Below, piece after piece: positions 12,594 to 25,131 of a stretch of DNA of 44,231 bases. Location: the NCBI RefSeq assembly GCF_004010195.1, contig NC_057719.1, positions 36,050,359-36,094,589 on the forward strand. The letters are read 5' to 3'. Source of the stretch: Chiloscyllium plagiosum. Lineage: Eukaryota. Position 1 is the stretch's first letter; every line of letters starts with the position of its first letter. The notes below the pieces were generated by a model that was not told the origin of the DNA, ran no database searches, and saw only the letters and a program-made list of their open reading frames with translations. A program made the translations under genes and the position numbers.

Positions 12594-14122
12594 TGTACCG
12601 TAGAACTCTGTGGAAAGCTAAGGAAGTGATTGCTGGACCCCTTGCTAAGATATTCGTATCATTAATAATCACAGGTGAAGTGCCAGAAGACTAGAGGTTG
12701 GCTAATGTGGTGCCAATATTTAAGAAAGGTGGTCAGGTAAAGCCAAGGAACTATAGACTGGTGAGCCTGACATTGGTGGTAGGTACGTTATTGGAGGGAA
12801 TCCTGAAGGACAGGATTTACATGTATTTGGAAAGGCAAGGACTGATTAGGGAAAGTAAGCATGGCTTTGTGTATGGGAAGTTCTGTCTTACAAACTTGAT
12901 TTGGGTTTTTGTAACAAAGAGAATTGATGAGGGCAGAGTGGTAGACATAATCTATGTGGACTTCAGAAAGGCAATCGACAAAGTTCCTGGTTAGATCTGG
13001 TTAGATCTCATGGAATACAGAGAGAACTAGTCATTTGGATACAGAACTGGTTTGAAGGTAGAAGACAGAGGGTGCTGGTGGTAGAGGGTTGCTTTTCAGA
13101 CTGGAGGCCTGTGATTAGTGGTGTGCCACAAGGATTGGTGGTGGGTCCACTGCTTTTTGTCATTTATATAAATGATTTGGATGTGGACTTAGGTGGTGTA
13201 GTTAGTAAGTTTGCAGATGACGCCAAAATTGAGGTGAAGTGGACAGGGAAGAAGGTTACCTCAGATTACAATGGGATCTTGATCACATGGGCCAATGGAT
13301 TAAGGAATGGCAGATAGAGTTTAATTCAAATAAATATGAGGAGCTACATTTTGGGAAAACAAATCAAAGCAGGTCTTATACACTTAATGGTAAGATACTA
13401 GAGAGTGTTGCTGAGCAAAGTGACCTGAGAGTGCAGGTTCATAGTTCCTTGAAAGTAGGGTCACAGGTAGATAGAATAATAAAGAACACTTTTGGTATGC
13501 TTTCCTTTATTGGTCAGATATTGAGTATGGGAGTTGGGAGGTCATGTTGCGGCTGTACAGGACATTGGTTAGGCCACTTTTGTTATATTGTGTGCAATTC
13601 TGGTCTCCTTCCTATCGGAAGGATATTGTGAAACTTGAAAGAGTTCAGAAAAGATTTACAAGGATGTTGCCAGGTTTGGAGGATTTGAGCTATAGGGAGA
13701 GGCTGAACAGGCTGGGGCTATTTTCCCTGGAGTGTCGGAGGCTCAGGAGTGACCTTATAGAGGTTTATAAAATCATGAGGGACTTGGACAAGATAATTAG
13801 ACAAGGTCATTTCCTTGGGGTTGGAGAGTCCAGAACTAGAGGGCATAGTTTCAGAGTGTGAGGGGAAAGATATAAAAGGGACCTAAGAGGCAACGTTTTC
13901 ATGCAGAGGGTGATGCGTGTATGGAATGGGCTGCCAGAGGAAGTGGTGGAAGCTGGTACAATTACAGCATTTAAAAGGCATCTGGATGGGATGTGAATAG
14001 GAAGGGTTTAGAGGGGTATGGGCCAAGTGCTGGCAAATGGGGCTAGATTAGGTTAGGATATTTGGTTGGCATAGATGGCTTGGACCGAATGGTCTGTTTC
14101 TGTGCTGTATATCTCTCTGACT
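12594..14122 (+). mobile_element. CR1/HER1 LINE ORF2, 3' part (RT) and 3' UTR; continuation of 7651-8872
   Basis: ANVVPIFKKG, NYRLVSLT, GVPQG, KFADDAK; begins at the codons (gtaccgtagaactctgtgg) that follow cctgatcaggt in the uninterrupted antisense copy at 10350-10385. Confidence 0.95.
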
Positions 14123-14124
14123 GA

Positions 14125-14235
14125 TAGGAAGCTCCACCATGTTTCATGTCACCCTTTATTTGTAATTGTGAGTCTCATTGAATCAATCAAAGACAGCCAC
14201 AGGATACCAGATTAACAGCCAAATCAGGCGGGGTT
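14125..14235 (-). mobile_element. Possible decayed solo-LTR fragment related to the Gypsy LTR at 24550-26844
   Basis: gtcaccctttattt and cagattaacagcc are reverse complements of aaataaagggtgac (26794) and ggctgttaatctg (24610), in the right order. Confidence 0.4.
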
Positions 14236-15636
14236 GGAGTTGACAGATCAAAGCGTGAATTAAATCATATGTGTATGCTTGATATTAAAGTAACTGTTCA
14301 TGTTTTGAATCTAATAAATCATTAGTGATAAGGATGTTCCTTTACTGGTGAATCACTTGCATTGTTTGTATGTTGTTATTGTATATGGATTTGATAAAAA
14401 GACTTCAAAGCAGAAGAAAAATACTTTGATCTTGGAATGCTAATATCTCTCAATTAATTATATTAGACATCCCTAGAATTTCAATTTACATAATGAAACC
14501 CCTAAAGATGCAAGTTAATTGAAGGAAATTCTGAGTCTCTGGCTTTACAATAAAATCATGAAAACTGTGGTGAAAAGTTTATGATCTGCCATGATAGTTA
14601 TTTTTCATTTCTGAATTACTTATCGTTCAGAGAAAGGAAACAATTTTTTTTTAAGTTACTTTTGTAAGTGACAAAATGATCAAACGACGTCTTTAAACAC
14701 CCTGTGAATCCAAATGCATGAATGGAATGGGTGCCAGTAATTGAGGTATCAGTACTCATTTGGTGCCCTAGCTGATGGAGGTTAACCAGCTGGCCTCTCC
14801 CTGCCCTGTACCATACACCACTTCCTGTAAGATTGTGGCTGGGAAGCAAATGGTTTTTAAGGGCCTTACTCGGGTGAGGGCATGCAGTCACCAGACCTTG
14901 CCTTCTCTTCTCTGCACAGCTCCATAAAATTGATGACAGGTTAAGTGTGGCAGGGCACTGCTGAATCAGTTTATGCCCTAGAAAGTAGATATAAAATTAT
15001 GATTTTATCAAATGCTCTCATTTAACTGAGCTAATAATAAGCAATAAGCACCACGCATTAGAAATCCTCTTTCACACACAATATTCAGGTACAGCATCTT
15101 TAACCTGTACATGAGGCTGATAAAATGGCAATATGACAATGAGACTGATATGAAGATTGAATGGGTACATTCCCAATGCATTTTGGTTGAGGTTTGACAT
15201 ACAAAATTGGCCAATCCCATGATAATCTGGTGAGATCCCAAACTTTTCTCAGCCCGCCACTGTTTGTGACTGTGTTTGATTTTAAATTGCTCACTTGCCA
15301 AAAAAAGGATTGGAGACAACAACAAGGAATAATGTTATTATCAATTAAGGTCACCAGCAATTTCACAGAACACAGTTTTAGGGAAGAACCTTGGTACACT
15401 TTGCTAGCTCTCATACATATGTGTAACAGCATCCTAATGCTATTTGATTGTGGATAAACTGCAAAATTTGACTTTGTGGCACTGCTGTTATCGATATGAC
15501 TGGATTTTGTGAGTAAAATGTTAGATGTGGTGGTGCACTGCTCCCAATGTACCCAGTGTGGCCTACACCGATTGTGTTGAGACAAATTGGTAGCATGGAC
15601 ATTGGTGTGTGCTGATTGGCCAGACCATACCACCAG

Positions 15637-16712
15637 GAGAAAGTGGGGACTACAGATGCTGGAAATCAGAGTTGAGAGTGTGTTGCTGGGAAAGTACAGC
15701 AGGTTAGGCAGCATCCAAGAAGCAGGAGAATCGATATTTTGGGCATAAGCCCTTCATCAGGAATAAGGCTTGTGGGCCGGGACTGAGAGATAAATGGGAG
15801 GGAGTGGGGTGGGTAGCTGAGAAAGTAATAAGTGGATGAAGGTGACGGAGAAGGTGATAGGTCAGAGGGGGGAGTGATGGACAGGTCCAGAGGGTGGTGC
15901 TGAGTCGGAGGCTTGGGACTGGGATAATGTGGGGGGAAGGGGGAATGAGGAAGTTGTTGAAATCTGCATTTATCCTGTATGGTTGCAGGGTCCCAAGGCG
16001 GAATATGAGGCGTTCCTCCTCCAGGTGTTGGGTGGTAATGGTTTGGCGATGGAGGAGGCCCTGGACCTGCATGTCCTTGGCAGAGTGGGAGGGGGAGTTG
16101 AAGTGTTCAGTCACGGGATGCTGAGGTTGGTGGATGCGAGTGTCCCAGAGATGTTCTGTGAAACGATCTGCAAGAAGGTGTCCTGTCTCCCCGATGTAGA
16201 GAAGACCGCACGGGTGCAACGATGCAGTAGATGACATTGGTAGAGGTACAGGTAAATCTATGATGGATGTAGAAGGATCCCTTGGGGCGTTGGACAGAGG
16301 TGAAGGGAGTGGTGTGGGCGCAGGTTTTGCACTCCCTGTGATGACAGGGAAAGGTGCCAGGAGTGGGGTGTGGCCTGGTGGGGCATATGGACCTGACAAG
16401 GGAGTCGCAGAGGGAGTGGTCTCTTTGGAATGCCTGGATGAAGAATGCCTCAAACTCTGCCTTAGGACCCTGCAACCACATGGGATAAATGTGGATTTCA
16501 ACAGCTTCCTCGTTTCCCCTCCCCCAACATTATCCCAGTCCCAAGCCTCCAACACAGCACCGCCCTCCAGACCTGTCTATCACTCTCCCCCGACCTATCA
16601 ACTTCTCCCTTGCCTTCATCCGCCTATCGTTTTCTTAACTACCCGCTCCACTCCCACCCACCCCCCCCCCATTTATCTCTCAGGCCCGGCCTGCAAGCCT
16701 CATTCCTGATGA
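15637..16712 (-). mobile_element. Penelope-like element, 5'-truncated: GIY-YIG endonuclease, pLTR, and an inverted partial pLTR (~16430-16712)
   Basis: GTFPC..RECKTCAH...FTCTSTNVIYCI and CGLLYIGETG..LADRFTEH...EHFNSPSH...EERLIFRLGTLQPY.IN; TSD agaccataccaccag (15622-15636) / agaccatactgccag (16713-16727). Confidence 0.92.
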
Positions 16713-19120
16713 AGACCATACTGCCAGTCAGCATCTAATGTTGATTTGGCTCTCAACATGCCATTTTGTTAACATTAGTTCCTGTTCACGTTTGTTCTTA
16801 AACATACATGCCTGAAGTTGTGGTTCTGCTACAGAAGGTATCTTCAAAGATGTTTCTGATGGGATTACCAGACAATGTTCAAGTCATGTGCTTTTGACTT
16901 TGCTGCAAAGTTAGTGGAAGTTCACTGTAATTGGAGGAGCTTACAAAAGTTTAGGGAGTGGCACTTGTTATTTCTATAAACTATTGTGAATTTGCAAGGC
17001 TTTAGTCTGAAAACATGTTTATAGTCACACGAACTTTAGTCACAGTTACTCTGTTCACAACAACAAGAGGAGAAGGAGGACAAGGAGGATATCCACAGAA
17101 GGTTGTTGAACCTACTAAGGGTACTCAGGCACCATTTTTGCTTCCACTAACTTGCGCAAAAGCAGTACCTGTGGGGCTATAATTAACCCAGATGGTGGTC
17201 AGACAATTGTACCACCTCTTCCAACGACCCCTGGACCAGCAGCCACAGAGCTGGCTGCAGTGGTGTTACCAGTGACCATCAGGGAGCGACGGGGATGAAG
17301 GTTTGTCACTGATCTTTGTCCAACAACACCTCCAGTAATACATATAGTATTCAAATGTTGACTCTTTTGCATTCCTCTGGTGCCTGTCTTGCATATGTTG
17401 TTGTTTTCTGTTTTGATCCCAGTCATTGATAATACTGAACTAGTAAGATTCCAGACTGAAATATAACTTGATAGATCAAAATTGAATTTTTGCAGTTGAT
17501 TATGCTGTGGTTAATCATTGAACACATTCATATGAGACTGTCAGTATTCTTTCACAAAAGAACACTAACTGATTAAACAGAGGAAAAATGAGTTAGATGT
17601 ATCTGACAGTTTAAAATAACTTAACATAAATGGAAAAAAAGGGTCAGAACTGTTTCCCAGCAATATCCCTTACAGATACTTAATCCCACTTTTGTTTTAA
17701 CTCTTTAATTTCTTACTTAACTAATCCTTTCCATTTTTGATGGCCCAGAGTCTTCTTTCCTGTTCTGATGATCTAAACCTCTTTTCCTCCTGATTGCTTG
17801 AAAACTTGTACACAAACTCTTCACAAACTAAAGCCCTTCTACTAGCGTGAAACTTTTTTTTAACTGACACCGGATTTGGAAATAATTTCCAGAAAACTAA
17901 TGGCACCTGGTTTGTGTTCTCTGTCAATTATAAAAGTTCACTTTGTAAACACTTCATCAAATATTTTGCTAGGCACTTAGGGTAGCTGATGGAAGGCTGC
18001 TGATTTCCTGTGGGAGAAACCCCAGATGGCCTTGCAGGATGCCTTGGGTAGCACTGGGACTTGGTGATCTAGCTTTGGAGTGAGTCACTTTGGGATGGAT
18101 AGCTGTGGTGTGGCCTGCTTGGCTGAGAAGCAATACCAAGGATGCTATATTGTCAGGTAGATAAATGCTATCATACTGAAAGAGGACAGCAAGTCTGTGC
18201 TCCACTGAGCCACTGCGACTTCCCTCGGGTGTCAGCTCAGCAATCATAATGATCCTCTAGAGCAGTTACAGCAGGAGCAGTTTGACTGCTGTGAAAGATT
18301 GAAAGCTCCTTTGAGTACTGTGATCTACAACCATATTGGAATTAAGCTGCGCTTGCATAGCAACAAGCAGAGATTGAATGACCCAGGTTCAGATTTGCAC
18401 TCCAATACTCAGCTTGTACTTGTGATGGAATGGATTCAGCCACATGGGCCATTGAATGTAACAAACATTGGGGTTTCTGGTGTGCTCATTAAATTGGCCA
18501 CTAACTCCATGCTGGAAAGATTGGGCTTTAAGATTGATATGATATTCTTTACCAGTAGGAGCCAGATACCTCCATGATTCTTTGTTGTGACAACAGACCC
18601 CATGGTAGACCAGCTAATGAACTGTATATATCCCATCTGAGCCATCTGTGGCAAAACCTGTGTGCAATCCTGCCCTCCAGGAAACTAACTCAAGTGTAAT
18701 TCTTTTCCCCTGGCCTTGCAGACAGCACTTGTCCTGATCACTCACTACATGCCAATCATATTTCTTCATTCCCCTTTAGGTCTATGTGGTTCAGTATTTG
18801 AGCTGGTGGTTGCATGTGTCAGATCAAGTAACAGTGTTTTTTACTCAGGTGCAAACACCTTTTCTCACTCTTCCTGGTCAGGCTGAACTAGTGAGGAAAA
18901 GGAGGGCTGTGGTGAGGCATTGTGGGCAATTGGCGGAAAGTAAAACTTGTAGTTGCAGCTCGTATTTGTTGCCAGATGTTAAATGAGGGCAAAATAGGAG
19001 TTGAAGAGGCGCACAAGGTGGGATAATTTAATCCATGGTGGCCTGAGTGAGTGCCACATCAATAAAGTGGAACATGTCTTCAGAAAGGGTGAGGTATTGC
19101 AGTCAAGTCGGTTTGCCCAC

Positions 19121-19347
19121 TGTTGTGATTGGAATGAGGTCAACTAGATGGACCTCATCGATTGAGTTCCTTGATTCGGGCTATTAATAAAATCCAATCA
19201 GGTAGCCCTGGCTGACAGATTTAAACAGGAATGTCAGAGATTCTGATTACTCTAGGATCGCTCTGAGCTGGCTGCTCAGTGTCATGCACAACATGTAAAT
19301 AAAGTGTGATTTGGAGATGGGATACCAACCTTCATGGAGCGACTTCA
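19121..19347 (+). repeat. Gypsy 5' LTR (227 bp)
   Basis: Starts tgttgtgattggaatgaggtca, contains aataaa, ends gacttca; aligns with the pieces 24550-24693, 26368-26448 and 26794-26844. Confidence 0.88.
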
Positions 19348-19458
19348 GTGGTGATGAGAGAAAAAGCACTCCCCTGAAGAGATTTGCTCGCGATAGTTGT
19401 TTTTGAGTTAGGGTAAGCATTTCTGGCACCATGCTGTTAATTGGGAAGCTTTACTCAT

Positions 19459-19747
19459 AGAGTCATAGAGTCATAGAGATGTACAGCATGGAAACAGATC
19501 CTTTGGTTCAGTCCGTCCATGCCGACCAGATATCTCAACCCAATCTAGTCCCACCTACCAGCACCTGGCCCATATCCCTCCAAACCCTTCCTATTCATAC
19601 ACCCATCTAAATGCCTTTTAAATGTTGCAATTGTACCAGCCTCCACTTCCTCTGGCAGCTCATTCCATACACGTACCACCCTCTGCGTGAAAACGTTGCC
19701 CCTTAGGTCCCTTTTATATCTTTCCCCTCTCACCCTAAACCTATGCC
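19459..19747 (-). mobile_element. CR1/HER1 3' fragment in Gypsy gag
   Basis: (tagagtca)n tail; ctcat on both sides (19454-19458, 19748-19752). Confidence 0.9.
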
Positions 19748-21016
19748 CTCATTTGATCATGATGAAGAAGACTAGGCCCAATATGTGGAAAGAATTTTTT
19801 CTGGGCAAATGACATTGGGGCAGATGAAAAGCAATGAATCATTCTCCTGAGAGCTTGTGGACCCGCAGCCTTTTGGCTGTAGAAGCCAAAATTTCCCTGA
19901 GGCACTGCATACCAAAACCTTTCAAGAGTTGACAAATTTAGTTAAGGAATATTACAACCCCAAGCCTCCTCTAATTCTGAGACGTTATCAGTTTTATTTG
20001 GCAATTCAAGAACCTTGACGAGGTTTAGATGACTAGCAGACACATGTGAGTTTGGTTTAACCCTAAGTGAAATGCTGAGACAGTTTGGTATGTGGGATTA
20101 ATGATGTGATCATGCAAGAGCAGCTACTCCCTGCAGCCCAACTGAACCTCAAACAGACACTACGACTGGCATTTTACTTAGAAAAGTGGACCTTATGAGT
20201 TGTAGGTATTCTGATGGAAGTGAAAACCCTCGCCAGGCTGACTGAACTTGGGGAACACCACTTGAGTGAAGGCAATTGCATAGCCTTAATCAGGGCGAAT
20301 CCTGAACAGAGGGACTCTCGGTCAGCCCACAGCAAAACCCCAAAACATGCAGTTAACATTTTCCCAAGGATTTGGGCTGACAGTCCACTGTACTGCTGCC
20401 CATATGCAGACTCAAGACAGCAAAAGGATCCCACTGGGCCTGAATTAAGTATCCAGGAGATTGCACACCCTGGAAAGATCACCTACATCTAGCTCAGAAC
20501 AGTTAAATTGCTTAGCAACATCAAATCAGAACCGATCAAATGAATGTCTGGTTAAATGGCCACACAATTCTAATGGAGGTTGATACCAGCATGGCTGTAT
20601 CAGGAATTGCGGAATCAGTTTTTAACAAAGTTCACTCTGGACGACAACCCTTAAGTTTGTGTAAGACCTCAGCCAGGATGAGAACCTATACCGAGGAACC
20701 TCTACAGATTAAGGGTACAACTTCGGTTCCAGTCTCTTATGAGAAGCAGCTGGTTCTATTCCCACTGATTGTAGTAAAAGGCTCTGGCCCAAACTTGATA
20801 ATGTGAAATTGGTCGAGACAGATTCAACTTGATTGGCTCAACATTTTTCAATCAGAAGAGTGAAGTCCTAACTATATACCTGGAGGCTTTTAATCAAGGT
20901 CTAGAGACAATGTAAGGGACCAAGGCCATTTTGCATGTTGACCAAGAAGAAATTCCTTGAGACTGCAAGGCCTACCCACTGCTATTTGTCTTATGTTCAA
21001 AAGTAGGGACAGAAAC

Positions 21017-21916
21017 TTAGAACATAGAGCAGTACAGCATAGTACAGGCCCTTTGGCCCTCAATGTTGTGCTGACATTTTATCCTACTCTAAGATCAGAC
21101 TAACCTACATACCCTTCAATGTATTATCTTCCATGTACCTATCCAAGAGTTGCTTAAATGTCCTGAATATATCTGACTCTACTACCACCGCTAACAGTGC
21201 ACTCCATGAACCCATCACTCTCAGTGCAAAGAACCTATCTCGAACATCTCCCCAAACCTTCCTCCAATCCCCTTAAAATTATGCCCCTTCATGATAGACA
21301 TTCCCGCCCTGCGAAAAAGCCTCTGGCAATGCACTCTATCTATGCCTCTCATCATCTTGTACACCTCTATCAAGTCACCTCTCATCTTTCTTTGTTCCAA
21401 TGAGAAAAGCCCTCGCTCCCTCAAAATATCTTCATAAGATCTGCTCTCTAGTTCAGGCAGCATCCTGATAAATCTCCTCTGCACCCTCTCTTACGCTTCC
21501 ATATCCTTCCTATAATGAGGTGACCAGAACTGAACACAATATTCCAAGTGTGGTCTAACCAGGGCTTTATAGAACTGCAGCATAACCTCACGGCTGTTAA
21601 ACTCAATCCCCCTGCTAATGAAAGCTAACACACCCAAAACGTCGACTGTCCTGCTCCTCAGATGCTTCCTGACCTGCTGTGCTTTTCCAGCACCACACCC
21701 ATGACTCTAATTTCTAGCTTTCACCAACACACCATATGCCTTCTTAACAGCCCTATCAGCTTGGGTGGCAACTGTGGGGGATCTGTGGACATGGACCCCA
21801 AGATCCCTCCATTCCTCCATACTGCCAAGAATCCTGCCTTTAATCCTTTAATTTGAATTCAAATTCAACCTTCCAAAATGAATCAGTTCACACTTTTCCA
21901 GGTAGAACACCATCTG
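21017..21916 (-). mobile_element. CR1-type LINE 3' fragment (second subfamily) in Gypsy pol
   Basis: QRRFIRMLPEL...LFSLEQRKMRGDLIEVYKMMRG; tail ttagaacatagag. Confidence 0.9.
21635..21725 (+). mobile_element. Penelope pLTR 3' fragment nested in the CR1
   Basis: aaaacgtcgactgtcctgctcctcagatgc...tgtgcttttccagc; TSD aacacacc (21627-21634, 21726-21733). Confidence 0.85.
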
Positions 21917-23853
21917 GGGATTTCAAACAAACTGTAAACCACTTTTTGGAGCTGGATAAATACCCAGTCTTTGTAAAAGAGGATTTATATGCAAAGTTGG
22001 CGGGGGTTGGAGGGGACTGTCCTTCACAAAGCTGGACATGAGCCATGAGTACCTGCAACTGTGGTTAGATGAGGTATGCGGCATTTAATAATCTTAAGGA
22101 TTTGTTCCAATATGCGAGACTGCCATTTGTTGTATCATCAGCCAATACCATTTTCCAGTGGATAATGGAGAACATTTTACAAGGGCTACCTCAGGTCATC
22201 ATTTATCTGGATGTTATGCTATTAACTGGGAAGACCAATTAGCTGGGAAGAACTTAAATAAATTCAATGGAGAACTTAAATGTTTCTCCAATGCCTTAGA
22301 AATGAAAAATGTGTTCTAGGTAACCCAAGTGACTTACTTGGGCTACAGGCTTGACAAGAGTGGGCTGCACCCATTGGAAGATGAAGTGAGGGCGATTAAA
22401 TGTGCTTTGGTTCCCATGTCTATACTGGAGCTTAGGTCTTTCCTTGGGCCGGTGGATTATTATGGAAAATTCAAATGTAATCTGGCTGCCCTCCTGGCAT
22501 CCTTACAGCTGCTCTTGGAAGTGGTCACGCAACTAAGATGTAGCCTTTCAGGAAGTGAAGCAGCAGTTATTGTTATCTAAGGTGCTGGCGCACTACAATC
22601 CCAAGCAAGATATGGTGCTGACAAGCGATGTCTCCATATATGGTATTGGGGTAGTATTGGCTTACTGGCGGCCAAATGGAGGGGAATGCCCATTAGCTTC
22701 TGCTTCCCGGACTTTGGCTGATGCTGAATGGAAATACACCCAGATAGTAAAGGAAGATTGGTGATCATCTTTAGTCTGTGAAAGTTCCACCAGTACTGTC
22801 TGGAGGTAAACTTGTAATAGTAACTGATGACAAACCCCTGGTAGGATGACTTAAAGCAGACAGGGCCATGCTGCCAATAGCTTCAGGTCAACTTCAGCCG
22901 TGGGTTCTTAACCTGAGTGTGTACAATTGCAAATTGGAACACCATCTGGGAGGTCAAGTGGCAAAAGTGGATGCCTTGAGCCATCTCCCTTTGGTGGAAA
23001 CACCACAGGAAATGCTGCCACTAGAAGATTCCTTTATGGTTTTAAACTTTATGGCTATCCGTCCAGTCACCATTGACAGTATCAAACTGTTATCACAAAA
23101 AGATCCCATCCTGACAGAGATGGGGGAACCAAAAGGGCCATCACAACTAGAATTGAAACCTTTCTGTACCCGGTGAGACCAGATCACAATAGAGGATAAT
23201 ATATTATTATAGAGATCAAGAGTGATTGGCCCAAGCAATGGTTGCTACTAGATACTGGCCGAACTGCATCCGGGTTATCCAGGGATTTCCAAAATGAAAC
23301 TGTTTGCGAGAGGTTATGTCCAATGGCAAGAACTGGATGCAGAGATAGCTGTGTTGGTGGGGCAGTGCCAGCATGGACAAAAATTACTGCCAGTAGCTCC
23401 CGAAATTCGTGGGAATGGCTGGGTAAACCCTGGACTCAGTTACACATTGACAGTGCTGGTCCTTTCATGGGCTCAATGTTTTCAGTTATTGTGGATGCTC
23501 ATTCAAAGTAGCTGGATATGCTTAAAATTCATTTGTCAAACATGGCGATGACGTTTGAAATGTTGTGAGCATCATTTGCAATACATAGACTCCTGGAGGT
23601 GTTTGTCACATACAATGGTCTATTACTTACAGCCAGGGCATTCGAGTATATCCTAAAGTCCAGTGGCATTTGGCATTTACCATTCATCATCCAATGATCT
23701 GGCAGAAAGAGCAATCCAACTTTGAAGTAACAGCCTACAGCATCACTTAATACCAAACTGTCCTGGTTCCTGTTTGGTTATAGGGCCACCTCTCACGCAA
23801 CCAAAAGGACAGCTCCAGCAGAGCTGCTAATGGAAAGTAGACTCTACACCAGG

Positions 23854-23990
23854 TTAGATTAGATTCCCCAAAGTGTGGAAACAGGCCCTTCGGCCCAACA
23901 AGTCCACACCGACCCTCCGAAGAATGACTCACCTCACCCCTTTTCCCCCTGACTAATGCACCTAACACTATGGGCAATTTAGCATGGCTA
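23854..23990 (-). mobile_element. 5'-truncated HE1 SINE in the Gypsy integrase region
   Basis: ttagattagattccccaaagtgtggaaacaggcccttcggccc...gggcaatttagcatgg. Confidence 0.88.
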
Positions 23991-24693
23991 AACCTGACCT
24001 TCCCAGATTTGGGGGAGAGGGTGAAATGGCATCAGGAATGCCAATGCTGGACACAAAACTCTGAGAAAGGCAGCTGATTTCAGGGATGATGTTTGATGTT
24101 GAAACCATAGGAATGACCCTGATGGGTAAGAGGGATGGTTGACACAAAGTCAGGTGCTGTGATGTAGCACACTTGAATAGGAAAGGCAGTTCTAACAAGC
24201 GTATAGATTACGTTAAAGCTGCAACATCAGAAATGGTGCAGGGACAAAACATACTAGCGTCTCAGAATATCCAGCAAGGCTGTCAGAACCCCTGGGTTCT
24301 CTCCCTCAGCCAAGCACTGAAGAAACCTATGAGGATGAGATGGACACAGCAGATGTTGCAGGCTTCTCTATGCTGCTATCGCCTGAAGATGAATTTTGGC
24401 TGAAACGCGTTGGACGCAAGAGGTGGATTACAGTTTAGAGCACGCAGTCAGTATCTGAGAGTTGGAGGAATCAGACCTGATGTGAAAAAGTCACGGGGAA
24501 GGTGCAGGGAAAAGGATGGACCTATGTCCCAGGCCTTAGAAGGGAGAGATGTCATGATTGGAATGAGGTCAGCCAGTTGGAGTGCATGGAATATAAGTTC
24601 CCTGACTGGGGCTGTTAATCTGCTCCAATCAGGAAGCCCTGGCTGACAGATTCAACCAGGAAGCCCTGGCTGACAGATTCAAACAGGAGTGTC

Positions 24694-25120
24694 TCTTTGG
24701 GAACCCGGTACAGAGAGGTGCGGGTAGGTTGGAGGATCTCCTCGTGGATCCGCTCTGAGGCATGACCTGGCTGGCTATAAACAGGTCCGGTGGAGGGGGT
24801 CATTTCTGGTGACTGCCTGCCCCTCTTCCGCGGTTATATTCAAGTCTGGGTGTTGTTGAAGATGGAGCATATGGTATCCACCAATGGTCTCAATGTATCT
24901 AGGGAGAGGTGGACACCATGGGGGTCGAGTGCTTTATTTCCCCCTCCAATTCAATTTTGATTTAAATTGCTATTGTCCCTCTTTTCGTTTTTTTTACATA
25001 AACATTGCCCTTTTTCTGTTAATGGTTCTCTGGCGACATGTTTTTTTTCTTCGTGGTAGTGGAAGTAAAGAATAAAGTTCTTGCACAATGGTGTCTTTTC
25101 ACTGAGTTAAAAAAAGGAAT
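24694..25120 (+). mobile_element. Tx1/L1-clade LINE 3' fragment
   Basis: FGNPVQRGAGRLEDLLV...DCLPLFRGYIQ...EHMVST..RERW resembles the Tx1-like ORF2 C-terminus; T-rich UTR, aataaa, A-tail; TSD aaacagga(g/a)tg (24681, 25121). Confidence 0.75.
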
Positions 25121-25131
25121 AAACAGGAATG

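Noticed and set aside
15704..16555. Longest ORF (283 aa) as a functional GIY-YIG gene
   Set aside because: Chimeric across the inverted pLTR, frameshifted before YIG, and no RT.
17960..18660. Possible second Harbinger transposase on the minus strand (PGSFN, LEDHYD)
   Set aside because: Motifs too short and degenerate to support by eye.
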